Source of the DNA: Actinomycetota bacterium
GTDB taxonomy: Bacteria > Actinomycetota > Actinomycetes > Nanopelagicales > Nanopelagicaceae
Assembly (NCBI GenBank): GCA_947372915.1
Contig: CANBVO010000001.1
Location: 13,907 to 77,906, forward strand
Length of the DNA: 64,000 nt
Direction: 5' to 3'
A program made the position numbers and the translations under genes. Numbering within the stretch: the first letter of the stretch is position 1; the number at the start of each line of letters is the position of its first letter. Positions 7,340 to 16,173 of the stretch are shown here, in pieces. The notes under the pieces are model-generated. The model did not search any database, was not told the origin of the DNA, and worked only from the letters and a program-made list of their open reading frames with translations.

Positions 7340-8489
7340 CGCTTCGCACTGCAAGAGCTAACGCCAGCACAAGTGCTGCTGGAATCAACATTGCGGTCCG
7401 CAATGAGATGAGTTCGGCCACTACTCCAATAAAGGGTGGTCCTACTAAGAATCCGAAATAAGAGATTCCAGAGACCATTGCAATCGCTTGTGAGGGTGCG
7501 ATAGATGTTGAGTATGACTCCGCGGCAATTTCGCCAGCGGTACTGAACATAAGCGGTAGCACAATAGAAATACCAAGGCCGAGGCAGAACCAGCCCAGCG
7601 TTACTCCGATAGGTCCACCAATGATGAGACCAAGAATTAATCCGATACCGGCGAGTGATCCAAAAGCTGTGACTGAGTTTCGGATGCCGAACTTATGGGC
7701 AATGTGATCTCCGGATAGACGCCCAACCACCATCATGAGCGCAAAGAAAATGTAAGGAATAGTGGAAACAAATGGTGTTGCACCAAATGTGTCACGCAAT
7801 AAGACTCCACCCCAGTCACCGGCAGAACCTTCGCTAAGGGCTGCGCAGAAACCAATCGCACCGAGAAGCCAGAAGATGCGGGGGCGCTTTACTCGTTTCT
7901 TGCCCTCAAAATCATGCTTATCGGCAGATGCAGGAAGTAACCCAGTGCGGATATAGATATGTATGAGAGCAATCAGAATTGCGATGGTTAAGAAGTGTCT
8001 AAAGGTAGAAATGTGATGCTGCGCGAAGAGACCGCCAAGTGCGCCACCGAGAACTGCGCCGACTGACCACATTGCGTGGAAGCGGCTCATCACGCGCATT
8101 GATGAGCGTTTTTCAATCGCGAGTGCGTGAGCATTCATTGCGAGATCTTGCCAAGAAGCAGTGAAACCATAGAAAAATAGTGCGAGGCAGAGCCACGGTA
8201 GCGAAGGCGCGAGACCCAAGAATGGATAAGTGAGAACAATGGCAGCTCCGCCCAGCAGCGTCATGGGTGCGCTTCCATATTTAGCTGCGAACTTACCGGC
8301 AATAGTGAGCGCAGTTAAGACGCCGAAAGCGGCAAAGAAAAGAGCGGAGCCAAGGGTTCCAGTGGAGATATCTAAATCTTTTTTGAAGTCGGGTACTCGT
8401 GAATAAAGTGAACCAACTGCTAAGCCGTTGATAATAAAGCTAAGTCCGGTTGCAATCGAAGCGCGTTTGAGATTGATAATTTCGCTCAC
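7305..8489 (-). CDS. MFS transporter
   Basis: 394 aa, about 12 predicted TM helices with Gly/Ala-rich MFS-like composition. Its 3' end overlaps the convergent permease gene by 35 nt. Confidence 0.75.
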   Translation of the reverse strand: MSEIINLKRASIATGLSFIINGLAVGSLYSRVPDFKKDLDISTGTLGSALFFAAFGVLTALTIAGKFAAKYGSAPMTLLGGAAIVLTYPFLGLAPSLPWLCLALFFYGFTASWQDLAMNAHALAIEKRSSMRVMSRFHAMWSVGAVLGGALGGLFAQHHISTFRHFLTIAILIALIHIYIRTGLLPASADKHDFEGKKRVKRPRIFWLLGAIGFCAALSEGSAGDWGGVLLRDTFGATPFVSTIPYIFFALMMVVGRLSGDHIAHKFGIRNSVTAFGSLAGIGLILGLIIGGPIGVTLGWFCLGLGISIVLPLMFSTAGEIAAESYSTSIAPSQAIAMVSGISYFGFLVGPPFIGVVAELISLRTAMLIPAALVLALALAVRSVISEKDSADGA

Positions 8490-8956
8490 TACTTCACCAG
8501 TCGTTGATATTCGATTTTGCTGCAGCGATTCATGACCGGAATGATGCTTGAGGCGGCTGCCTTTTCTGCAACCGCCTGGTCGCTGAGACCAAGCTGAAGC
8601 CAGAAAATTTTTGCATTGATAGCAATTGCTTCATCCAAGATAGCGGGAGCATCAGCAATGTTTCGAAAGACATCGACAATATCTATCTGGGCGGGGATAT
8701 CGGCGAGAGTGGGATAGACCTTGCGACCAAAGAGTTCGTCTACTCGAGGATTAACAAGATAGACATCAAGATGTGAATTCTCAATCAGCCATTGGGCGAC
8801 ACCATAACTCGGGCGGTCTGCCTTATCGGAAACCCCAACAACGGCGATGGTCTGAGAAGTAAGCAAGAGCTCCTTCAAAATCTGGTCATTTGGCGCTTCA
8901 GCAAACAAATTTCTCCCCTTTGCCTCTTCCCGCGAGCCTATTGCTTGTTTTACCAT
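8489..8956 (-). CDS. CoA-binding domain protein (YccU/YneT-like)
   Basis: 155 aa. TIAVVGVSDKADRPSYGV Rossmann-like CoA-binding motif and WLQLG segment. Confidence 0.75.
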   Translation of the reverse strand: MVKQAIGSREEAKGRNLFAEAPNDQILKELLLTSQTIAVVGVSDKADRPSYGVAQWLIENSHLDVYLVNPRVDELFGRKVYPTLADIPAQIDIVDVFRNIADAPAILDEAIAINAKIFWLQLGLSDQAVAEKAAASSIIPVMNRCSKIEYQRLVK

Positions 8957-8962
8957 TTTTAC

Positions 8963-10072
8963 ATGTCTAGTAAGTCAATGTCATTGGAGATATTGAGCAA
9001 GGCCGGTATCCCAGTAAATTCATCCGAACCTTGGAGTATTCAGGTCCATAACGAGAAGTTATGGGATCGCGTGATGTCACAACATCAACTTGGCCTGGGC
9101 GAGGCATATATGGATGGCTGGTGGGACTGTGACGCCATCGACCAGATGCTCACGCGCTTGTTAGAAGTCGACGTGCTCTCTTTCTTGAAAATCACTCCAA
9201 CGGTGATTGCTCACGTAGCAAAATCATCTTTGCTCAATCGCCAGACCAAAGTGAAGGCTGCTGCAAATGCAAAACATCACTACAACATCGGAAATGATCT
9301 GTATTCCCGGATGTTGGATTCGGAGATGGTTTATAGCTGTGGATATTGGAACGGTGCTAAGAATTTAGAAGAAGCTCAATTCGCAAAATTAGATTTAATT
9401 TGTCGCAAACTTAAGCTGCAACCGGGAATGAAGGTTCTCGATATCGGTAGTGGCTGGGGTGGGTTCTTGCGCCATGCCGTTAAACATTATGGAGTGCAGG
9501 GAACCGGAATCTCTCCTGCAGATAACCAAGTCAATTTAGCCCGCGAAAAATCTGCTGGGCTAGATATCCAACTTATCCAACAAGATTATCGCGACCTAAC
9601 AGGTAAGTTTGATCGCATTGTTTCAGTAGGAATGATGGAACATGTTGGCCCAAAGAATCTCGGGACCTTCTTTGCCAAATGTGATGACTTACTTGCCGAA
9701 GACGGAATGATGTTGCACCATACGATTTCATCTAATTATTCAAAACTAGTGACAGACCCATTCTTTGACCGGTATATATTTCCTGGCGGAGTGCTTCCTT
9801 CGCTGGCGCAGATTTCTTCGGCGACCGAGAAGAAATTCCTCATTGAAGATGTCCATAACTTTGGTCCGGATTATGACCTGACGTTGATGGAATGGCATAA
9901 GAACATAAATGTTAAATGGGATGAAATTCCTGGTTACGACGAACGATTCCGTCGAATGTGGAATTACTACCTATTAAGTTCCGCAGCTGGATTTAGAGCG
10001 CGAAATTTGCAGTTGTTACAAGTAGTTTTCCGCCGCATTCACGCAGAGGGTAAATACGAAGCCGTTCGCTAG
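8963..10072 (+). CDS. cfa: Cyclopropane-fatty-acyl-phospholipid synthase family methyltransferase
   Basis: Track ORF 8792-10072 trimmed to ATG 8963 (an alternative ATG is at 8978), because the upstream part overlaps the divergent CoA-binding gene. Motifs: HYNIGNDLYSRMLD, VLDIGSGWGGF, MEHVG, RMWNYYL. Confidence 0.85.
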   Translation: MSSKSMSLEILSKAGIPVNSSEPWSIQVHNEKLWDRVMSQHQLGLGEAYMDGWWDCDAIDQMLTRLLEVDVLSFLKITPTVIAHVAKSSLLNRQTKVKAAANAKHHYNIGNDLYSRMLDSEMVYSCGYWNGAKNLEEAQFAKLDLICRKLKLQPGMKVLDIGSGWGGFLRHAVKHYGVQGTGISPADNQVNLAREKSAGLDIQLIQQDYRDLTGKFDRIVSVGMMEHVGPKNLGTFFAKCDDLLAEDGMMLHHTISSNYSKLVTDPFFDRYIFPGGVLPSLAQISSATEKKFLIEDVHNFGPDYDLTLMEWHKNINVKWDEIPGYDERFRRMWNYYLLSSAAGFRARNLQLLQVVFRRIHAEGKYEAVR

Positions 10073-10082
10073 ACTTTCAGGC

Positions 10083-11108
10083 ATGGCTAAACCAGAGAAA
10101 CTCGCGTCCAATCAATTCGACCACTTTTACAAGGGTGGTTACAAAATTGGTGCGTTGCGCAATGGACCAGGCGGTCCAATGCGACCAGAAGAGTGGATTG
10201 GTTCGATGACTACTCGCTTTGGCGAGAAGACCATGGGACTTACAACTCTGAGTGATGGCACCACGCTTCGCGACTCTGTTCTTAAAGATCCAGAGAGCTG
10301 GCTTGGCGCCGAGCATCTTTCAACCTTTGGCCCAAGCAGCGAATTACTAGTAAAGCTCCTTGATCCTGATCAACGTCTCCCTGTTCACTATCACCCCAAT
10401 CGCGCTTTTGCGAAGAAGCATCTCTCGCTTCAGCACGGCAAGACTGAAGCTTGGATCATTTTAGAAGCTCCTGCTGGTGCAAATGTTGGCCTTGGCTTTT
10501 CGCAAGAACAGACCAAGAAAGATATCGCAGCGATGGTGGAAGCGCGCGACTCTCAGGGCTTGATTGATTCACTTCAGAAGTTTGATGTGAAAGCGGGCGA
10601 TGCAATCTTGGTTCCATCCGGAGTGCCGCATGCAATCGGCGCAGGTATTTTTGTAATGGAACTGCAAGAACCAACAGATTTGTCTGCACTTCTTGAATGG
10701 AATGATTTTGCAGTTGATGGCACCGTCGATGGCCACCTTGGGTTGGGTTTCGATACCGTGCTTGATGCACTTCGCTACAGCCCAATCGAAAAGAGCGAAG
10801 CTGCAACTCTGGTCACCAACAATCGCCTTGCTGAAGGTGCAAATACTTCAATCTTTACTGGCGCTGCCGATCCATATTTCCGCGCCGATTATCTAGGTTC
10901 TGCTTCTCCTCGCGTTGATGCAGGATTCGGAATATTTCTTGTGCTCCAAGGCGCGGGAAGTATTTCATTTGATAACGCCAGCGAAATGGCGATTGAAAAG
11001 GGCGATGCGGTGCTGATTCCAGCTTCAGCGGGAAGTTGGAAGGTGAGCGGTGCTCAGGGAATTCTCGCCCGTCCGCCACTCGCTCAGTTCGCCGCGCAGG
11101 CTATCTAG
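10083..11108 (+). CDS. manA: Class I mannose-6-phosphate isomerase
   Basis: 341 aa. Metal-site segments LPVHYHPN, GKTEAWIILEA and PSGVPHAIGAG are typical of type I PMI. Confidence 0.8.
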   Translation: MAKPEKLASNQFDHFYKGGYKIGALRNGPGGPMRPEEWIGSMTTRFGEKTMGLTTLSDGTTLRDSVLKDPESWLGAEHLSTFGPSSELLVKLLDPDQRLPVHYHPNRAFAKKHLSLQHGKTEAWIILEAPAGANVGLGFSQEQTKKDIAAMVEARDSQGLIDSLQKFDVKAGDAILVPSGVPHAIGAGIFVMELQEPTDLSALLEWNDFAVDGTVDGHLGLGFDTVLDALRYSPIEKSEAATLVTNNRLAEGANTSIFTGAADPYFRADYLGSASPRVDAGFGIFLVLQGAGSISFDNASEMAIEKGDAVLIPASAGSWKVSGAQGILARPPLAQFAAQAI

Positions 11109-11153
11109 GAGTCCAGTAGAATTCTCGCCTCACAATCAATCGAAAGGCTCCAC

Positions 11154-11396
11154 ATGAAGAAGATTGCAATTAGCGCAGCTCTCGCAGCCCTACTCGTTGC
11201 TGGTGTTTCATCACCTGCATCATTCGCGGCAGCAAAGAAGATCGGCAGCACAAAGGCTGGCGGAGAAGGCACAGCATCACACGAAATGTCTGAGACCAGC
11301 GAGACTCAGAAGAGCGAAGGAAGCGGCGTCGCCAAGAAAGTAACTGTTAAGAAGACAGCAAAGAAGGCAGTAAAGAAAACTTCTGCAAAGAAGTAA
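11154..11396 (+). CDS. Small exported protein with Lys-rich, histone-H1-like C-terminal tail
   Basis: 80 aa. Signal peptide MKKIAISAALAALLVAGVSSPASFAAA, a low-complexity acidic Ser/Thr/Glu middle, and tail KKVTVKKTAKKAVKKTSAKK. SD GAAAGG upstream. Confidence 0.6.
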   Translation: MKKIAISAALAALLVAGVSSPASFAAAKKIGSTKAGGEGTASHEMSETSETQKSEGSGVAKKVTVKKTAKKAVKKTSAKK

Positions 11397-11413
11397 GTAA
11401 CAAGGTCAACTTT

Positions 11414-11441
11414 GGCCGTAATCCTCTCTAGGATTACGGCC
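11414..11441 (+). promoter_or_regulatory. Perfect 12-bp stem-loop abutting the permease start codon (terminator and/or translation-control hairpin)
   Basis: GGCCGTAATCCT-ctct-AGGATTACGGCC. The ATG of the next gene begins at 11442, and the T-run (TTTTT) starts only at 11449. Confidence 0.5.
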
Positions 11442-12866
11442 ATGTCCATTTTTAAAGGCAAAATTGAATCTAACGGCATCAATATCATTGATGAATCCGA
11501 GCGCTCCGGAAACCCACGTTCTCTCTTCTGGCCATGGGCCGCAGGCAATGTTTCACTTCTAGCGCTGAGCTACGGATCCTTCTTCTTAGGCTTTGGCATC
11601 TCCTTCTGGCAGGCAACCTGGGCCGCCATCATCGGAGTCATTGCATCATTTATTTTGGTGGCTGTTTCATCACTCGCCGGTAAGCGCGCTAATGCACCGA
11701 CCATGACACTCTCTCGTGCTGCATTTGGCGTAAAGGGAAATATCCTCCCGGGTCTACTTTCCTATTTGGTTTTTGTTGGTTGGGAGACCGTGCTTGTTTC
11801 GCTGGCAACTCTTGCAACTGGCACCGTCTTCACGCGCGTGGGACATGTCGATCCAACTCTCTCTAAAGTTTTAGGTTTTGTTATTGCAGCAGGTCTGACA
11901 GTTTTTGGTGGAGTACTTGGCTTTCAGGTATTAATGCGTCTACAAAAATTGCTCACGATTGCCACATTAATCCTGACCCTTGGATATATGGTCCTTACTT
12001 TCAGCAAAATTAATTGGTCACATCTGAACTCGTTGCCAGCAGGTAATGCACAAGCCTTCATCGGAGCTCTAATTTTTGGAGTAACCGGCATTGGTCTGGG
12101 CTGGGTAAATTCCGCAGCTGACTATTCGCGCTATCTGCCGCGACATACATCGTCGCGAGGTGTTATCGGTTGGACCGTCTTTGGTTCTTCTACCTTCCCG
12201 ATCATCATGGTGATTTTTGGCGCGATGCTCGCAGGTAGTAGCAAGAATCTCAGTGATCAGATTGCAATGGATCCAGTTGGCGCTCTCACCACACTGCTTC
12301 CTACCTGGTACTTAATTCCATTTGTGATTGTTGCAGTCCTGGGATTGATTGGCGGAGCAATTCTCGACCTGTATTCATCAGGCATCACTCTGGTCTCCAT
12401 CGGGCTGCCAGTAAAGCGTTATCAAGCCGCTTCTTTAGACGGCCTGATTATGACCATAGGAACCATCTACTTAGTATGGATTGCTAAAGATTTCCTCGGA
12501 CCACTGCAAGGCTTTCTCATCACATTAGGCGTACCAGTAGCGGTCTGGTCTGCAATCTTTGTTTCTGATGTAATCCTTCGCAAGAAAGATTATGTGGATA
12601 CCGAACTCTTTGATGCCGGTGGTCGTTATGGGTCATGGAACTTCGCATCACTTGCTCTTTTGATAGTTGGCTCAATTATTGGCTTTGGATTTGTTACTAA
12701 TACATTTGCTTCATGGCTCAGCTGGCAGGGTTACTTCTTAGGGCTGATAGGTGGCAAGAGCGGAGCATGGGCGTATTCCAATATTGGAATTCTGATCGCA
12801 CTGGTTATTGGCTTCTTCGGTCATTTAATTCTCGGTCGAAAGCGAATTAGCGAACAAGAGAAATAA
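11442..12866 (+). CDS. NCS1-family purine-cytosine/nucleobase permease
   Basis: Track ORF trimmed to ATG 11442 because the upstream residues lie in the hairpin. About 12 TM helices, N-terminal ERSGNPRSLFWPWAAGN and SAADYSRYLP motifs typical of CodB/FCY2-like permeases. Confidence 0.8.
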   Translation: MSIFKGKIESNGINIIDESERSGNPRSLFWPWAAGNVSLLALSYGSFFLGFGISFWQATWAAIIGVIASFILVAVSSLAGKRANAPTMTLSRAAFGVKGNILPGLLSYLVFVGWETVLVSLATLATGTVFTRVGHVDPTLSKVLGFVIAAGLTVFGGVLGFQVLMRLQKLLTIATLILTLGYMVLTFSKINWSHLNSLPAGNAQAFIGALIFGVTGIGLGWVNSAADYSRYLPRHTSSRGVIGWTVFGSSTFPIIMVIFGAMLAGSSKNLSDQIAMDPVGALTTLLPTWYLIPFVIVAVLGLIGGAILDLYSSGITLVSIGLPVKRYQAASLDGLIMTIGTIYLVWIAKDFLGPLQGFLITLGVPVAVWSAIFVSDVILRKKDYVDTELFDAGGRYGSWNFASLALLIVGSIIGFGFVTNTFASWLSWQGYFLGLIGGKSGAWAYSNIGILIALVIGFFGHLILGRKRISEQEK

Positions 12867-12897
12867 AAAAAGCCCCCGAATTAACGGGGGCTTTTTT
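12867..12897. terminator. Bidirectional rho-independent terminator
   Basis: AAAAA-GCCCCC-gaattaac-GGGGGC-TTTTTT lies between the convergent permease and oxidase subunit III genes. Confidence 0.85.
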
Positions 12898-12905
12898 GTG
12901 AGGTC

Positions 12906-13520
12906 TTAGATGATTGATGTGGTGATTGCGCAAGCGATGCCAGAGATAGCAATCCATGTTAACCATGAACCCACTGTGCGCTGACGCCAGAACTCAAGCA
13001 CCGCATTTAAATCATTGCGACGTGAGCGGAGTGCAACTCCAAGAGCAACGAATGCTCCGAGAATATAGTGGAACATATTTGCGCCAGCGATTAAGACCCA
13101 CGATGAAGCGTAAGCGCCTTCAAAGCCGAAGATCTTTTCGCCTTCTGCTTCGCCATCAACCTGGAATGGCATATGCGCCAATTGCTTCCATTGAAGGTAC
13201 AAGCCAACGAGGAGAACAACGAAGGTAATCGGTGCAATGTTCTTGAACGCATTTCCACTCTTCATGGCGATGCGATGGGTAATCGCAGCAATGATTAATG
13301 GAAATACTGATACCCAGCCAGACATTGCGCTGAGCGTATGTCCGCCTTCAGGAATCCAACCATTATTTGCGTTGAGGTTACGAAGGTAGAAGTACGAGAA
13401 GATCATTCCGAATACGAATGCTCCGTCAGCGACAATCAGTAGACGAACACCTAAGCGTTCACGGCGACCCACCTGAATAGGTGCGTCATGATGAACATGG
13501 AAGCGAGTATCTCCGCTCAT
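12906..13520 (-). CDS. ctaE: Heme-copper oxidase subunit III
   Basis: 204 aa, about 5 TM helices, last gene of the oxidase operon. 1-nt overlap with subunit I. Confidence 0.75.
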   Translation of the reverse strand: MSGDTRFHVHHDAPIQVGRRERLGVRLLIVADGAFVFGMIFSYFYLRNLNANNGWIPEGGHTLSAMSGWVSVFPLIIAAITHRIAMKSGNAFKNIAPITFVVLLVGLYLQWKQLAHMPFQVDGEAEGEKIFGFEGAYASSWVLIAGANMFHYILGAFVALGVALRSRRNDLNAVLEFWRQRTVGSWLTWIAISGIACAITTSII

Positions 13521-15379
13521 TAGTTGCCAGCCTTTCCGTATCCATAAGGATCACTTGTAACGACGGGTGGAGTATCAAAGTTAACGAGTGGGACTGGATA
13601 AGGAACAGTCCATTCAAGTGTCTTTGAACCCCATGGATTCATTGGCGCAATCTTTCCGTGGCGCCATGAGTGAATAACTGCCCAGAGAAGAACAATCATT
13701 CCGAGTCCGATCATGTAAGCACCAATGGAGCTAATCAAGTCAGAAGTTGCGAAGTTAACAGAGTAGTCAGCTACACGACGTGGTTGACCTTCGGCACCGG
13801 CGATAAACATGCCGAGGAAGAGAACCTGGAAGCCAATCTGGACTAACCAGAAGGAGATGTAACCCGCGCGCTCATTGAGCATGCGACCTGTCATCTTAGG
13901 GAACCAGTAAGCCAAACCAGCGAGAGCACCAGTAAGGGCAGCTCCCATCAAGGTGTAGTGGAAGTGCGCAGTGACATACATCGAACCGTGCAAGTAGTTA
14001 TCAGCAGGTACATCTGAAAGATAAAGACCGGTGATTCCACCAATCAAGAAGTTCCAGAGGAATGCATAAACACCGAGCATCGGAAGTTTCATCCACGGAC
14101 GTCCGCGCCACAAAGTGCCGAGGATTACCAAGAAAATCAGACCGGTGGGAACCGAAATCATTTCGGTCGTAACCATGAATGGTCCGTTCAACATTGGCAT
14201 CCAGCCAGACATATACATGTGGTGTGCCCATACCAGAATCGATAGGCCAGTAATTCCAGCAAAGCCAGCGATTGCTGCGTTGTAGGAGAAGAGTGGCTTG
14301 CGTACGAATACCGGTGCGATTTCCATAAGGACAGCAACACCAGGAATCAAGATGACGTAAACCTCTGGGTGACCCATGATCCAGAAGAGGTGGGCATAGA
14401 GCCAGCCGCTTCCGCCGAGGTTTGCATCAAAGAATGTGGTTGCGTAAGAACGATCCAAACCAGTCATGATCATCGAGACCATAAATGTTGGGAACGCTGG
14501 AATTGCTAGTGCGACCGACATGGTTGCGCCAACAACGAAGATAGGAACGCGGTTCCACTTCATGCCCTTTGCGCGCATCGCGACAACAGTTGCGGTGATA
14601 TTTGCACCGGCGACTGCAGTCGAAACTGCAAAGATAATGATGGTGGCAATAAATGCATTCATACCGGGACCGGCCTGAATACTGAGAGGTGCGTAAGCGG
14701 TCCAACCTGTTGGAATTCCACCTAAGAACCAAGCGCTGCAGAGCACTGGGATCGCAGTGAAGAGAACCCACCAAGAGAGCGCGTTCAAACGAGGAAATGC
14801 CATATCGGCGGCACCAATCATGATTGGCATGATGAAGTTACCGAATGGGCCGGTCACAACAATGATCATTGCAATAATCATTGTGATTCCGTGCAAACCT
14901 ACGAGTGAGTTGTAGATAGTTGGTCCAACAAATTTAGAACCAGGTTGAATCAAGTTGGTGCGGATCATCATTGCCATAGTTCCACCAACACCAAGCAAAG
15001 CCATAACGCCCACCATGTATTGGATTCCTACGACTTTGTGATCGGTGCAGTATTTGAAGTAGCGCTTGATGCCTTGTCCGTCACCGGCAAGGTAAAGCTG
15101 CTCTTCATCAGTAAGGTCCTTACCGACTAACCAACGGAATGGTCCAATGAATGCACCAATACCGACCATAAAGCCGATGCTCCACATGAACATAGTTGCA
15201 AGAAGTGTGCGGTTATAGTTTTCGAAGACACCAGCTGAATCTCCACCGAGACCGTAATATGTTGCAAGAGCGAAAATTACTCCGACAACAAGTCCGGTTC
15301 CCATATTGAGTTTGGTAATCAAACTCTTTGATGGATTAGGCACGGGACGCACTGATGCGTGATGATCGAGTGTTGTCAT
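13520..15379 (-). CDS. ctaD: Heme-copper (aa3-type, A-family) oxidase subunit I with about 80-aa N-terminal extension
   Basis: 619 aa. Has TDHKVVGIQY, WFFGHPEVY-like IMGHPEVYVILIP and HHMY/HFHY His ligand blocks. The canonical TDHK starts only at residue 112, preceded by two hydrophobic helices. Confidence 0.9.
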   Translation of the reverse strand: MTTLDHHASVRPVPNPSKSLITKLNMGTGLVVGVIFALATYYGLGGDSAGVFENYNRTLLATMFMWSIGFMVGIGAFIGPFRWLVGKDLTDEEQLYLAGDGQGIKRYFKYCTDHKVVGIQYMVGVMALLGVGGTMAMMIRTNLIQPGSKFVGPTIYNSLVGLHGITMIIAMIIVVTGPFGNFIMPIMIGAADMAFPRLNALSWWVLFTAIPVLCSAWFLGGIPTGWTAYAPLSIQAGPGMNAFIATIIIFAVSTAVAGANITATVVAMRAKGMKWNRVPIFVVGATMSVALAIPAFPTFMVSMIMTGLDRSYATTFFDANLGGSGWLYAHLFWIMGHPEVYVILIPGVAVLMEIAPVFVRKPLFSYNAAIAGFAGITGLSILVWAHHMYMSGWMPMLNGPFMVTTEMISVPTGLIFLVILGTLWRGRPWMKLPMLGVYAFLWNFLIGGITGLYLSDVPADNYLHGSMYVTAHFHYTLMGAALTGALAGLAYWFPKMTGRMLNERAGYISFWLVQIGFQVLFLGMFIAGAEGQPRRVADYSVNFATSDLISSIGAYMIGLGMIVLLWAVIHSWRHGKIAPMNPWGSKTLEWTVPYPVPLVNFDTPPVVTSDPYGYGKAGN

Positions 15380-16173
15380 GCTGTGTGACCTCCTTGATGA
15401 GCAGTAACCCAGGTATTGAAGTCATCAGCTGACATCACCTTGCCTGAGGTCTCCATATATGCGTGATACAGACCGCATAGCTCAGCGCACTTCACATCGA
15501 TGTCGCCAAGTTTGTTTGGAGTTGTATCTATAACAGTTGTTTGTAGTCGGTTGGCGTCAACTTTCACACCTAGCTGGACTGGCCAGAATGAGTGGTTAAC
15601 ATCTACCGAAATGATTTTGAATTCAACCGGACGATTGATTGGCAACATCAATTCATGTGATTGAACGCCTTGCTCTGGATAGTTAAAGGACCAGGCCCAT
15701 TGCGAGCCGGTTACTTCAACAACCATTGCATTCTTCTTGTGTTCCGCAGTTGCTGCTGATGCTGAGTTCATCTCAATGAGGCCATAGACAACTGCCACTA
15801 AACACAGGGCGCTAGAAACAATGACCCAGAGTCCAACTACCAAGCTATTGGTACGAAATCCTGGTCCATCAGCCGGTGGTGTATCGCCTTTGTGGCGATG
15901 CAAGAAGGTGTAGATGGAAAACCCAAGAACGATTCCGCACACAGGAGCGGAGATCCAAGTAAAGATAACTATCAATCGCTCAATAGATTTCATATCAGTA
16001 CTCATGGCTGTTGGCATCCAACTTGGATAAATCCAACCGCCGATAACAAAGAAGATGGCAGTAACGAGTACGCCCCACGCAGTTGCTACGCGGACTTCAC
16101 GTTGCTTGAAGATTGCCGCAAGTTTTTCGCCTGGCGTTGGTTCCATTTCTACTAAGCCATGGTCATCACTCAT
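15376..16173 (-). CDS. ctaC: Cytochrome oxidase subunit II (CuA cupredoxin, no fused cytochrome c)
   Basis: 265 aa, two N-terminal TM helices, complete CuA ligand set VNHSFW ... CAELCGLYHAYM. Confidence 0.88.
   Translation of the reverse strand: MSDDHGLVEMEPTPGEKLAAIFKQREVRVATAWGVLVTAIFFVIGGWIYPSWMPTAMSTDMKSIERLIVIFTWISAPVCGIVLGFSIYTFLHRHKGDTPPADGPGFRTNSLVVGLWVIVSSALCLVAVVYGLIEMNSASAATAEHKKNAMVVEVTGSQWAWSFNYPEQGVQSHELMLPINRPVEFKIISVDVNHSFWPVQLGVKVDANRLQTTVIDTTPNKLGDIDVKCAELCGLYHAYMETSGKVMSADDFNTWVTAHQGGHTA

Noticed and set aside
8792-8962. N-terminal 57 codons of track ORF 8792-10072
   Set aside because: This part overlaps the oppositely oriented CoA-binding gene and has no similarity to CFA synthases. 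The homologous region begins after ATG 8963/8978.
11397-11441. Possible purine riboswitch upstream of the nucleobase permease
   Set aside because: Only 45 nt are available and they form a single perfect hairpin, not a three-way junction aptamer.
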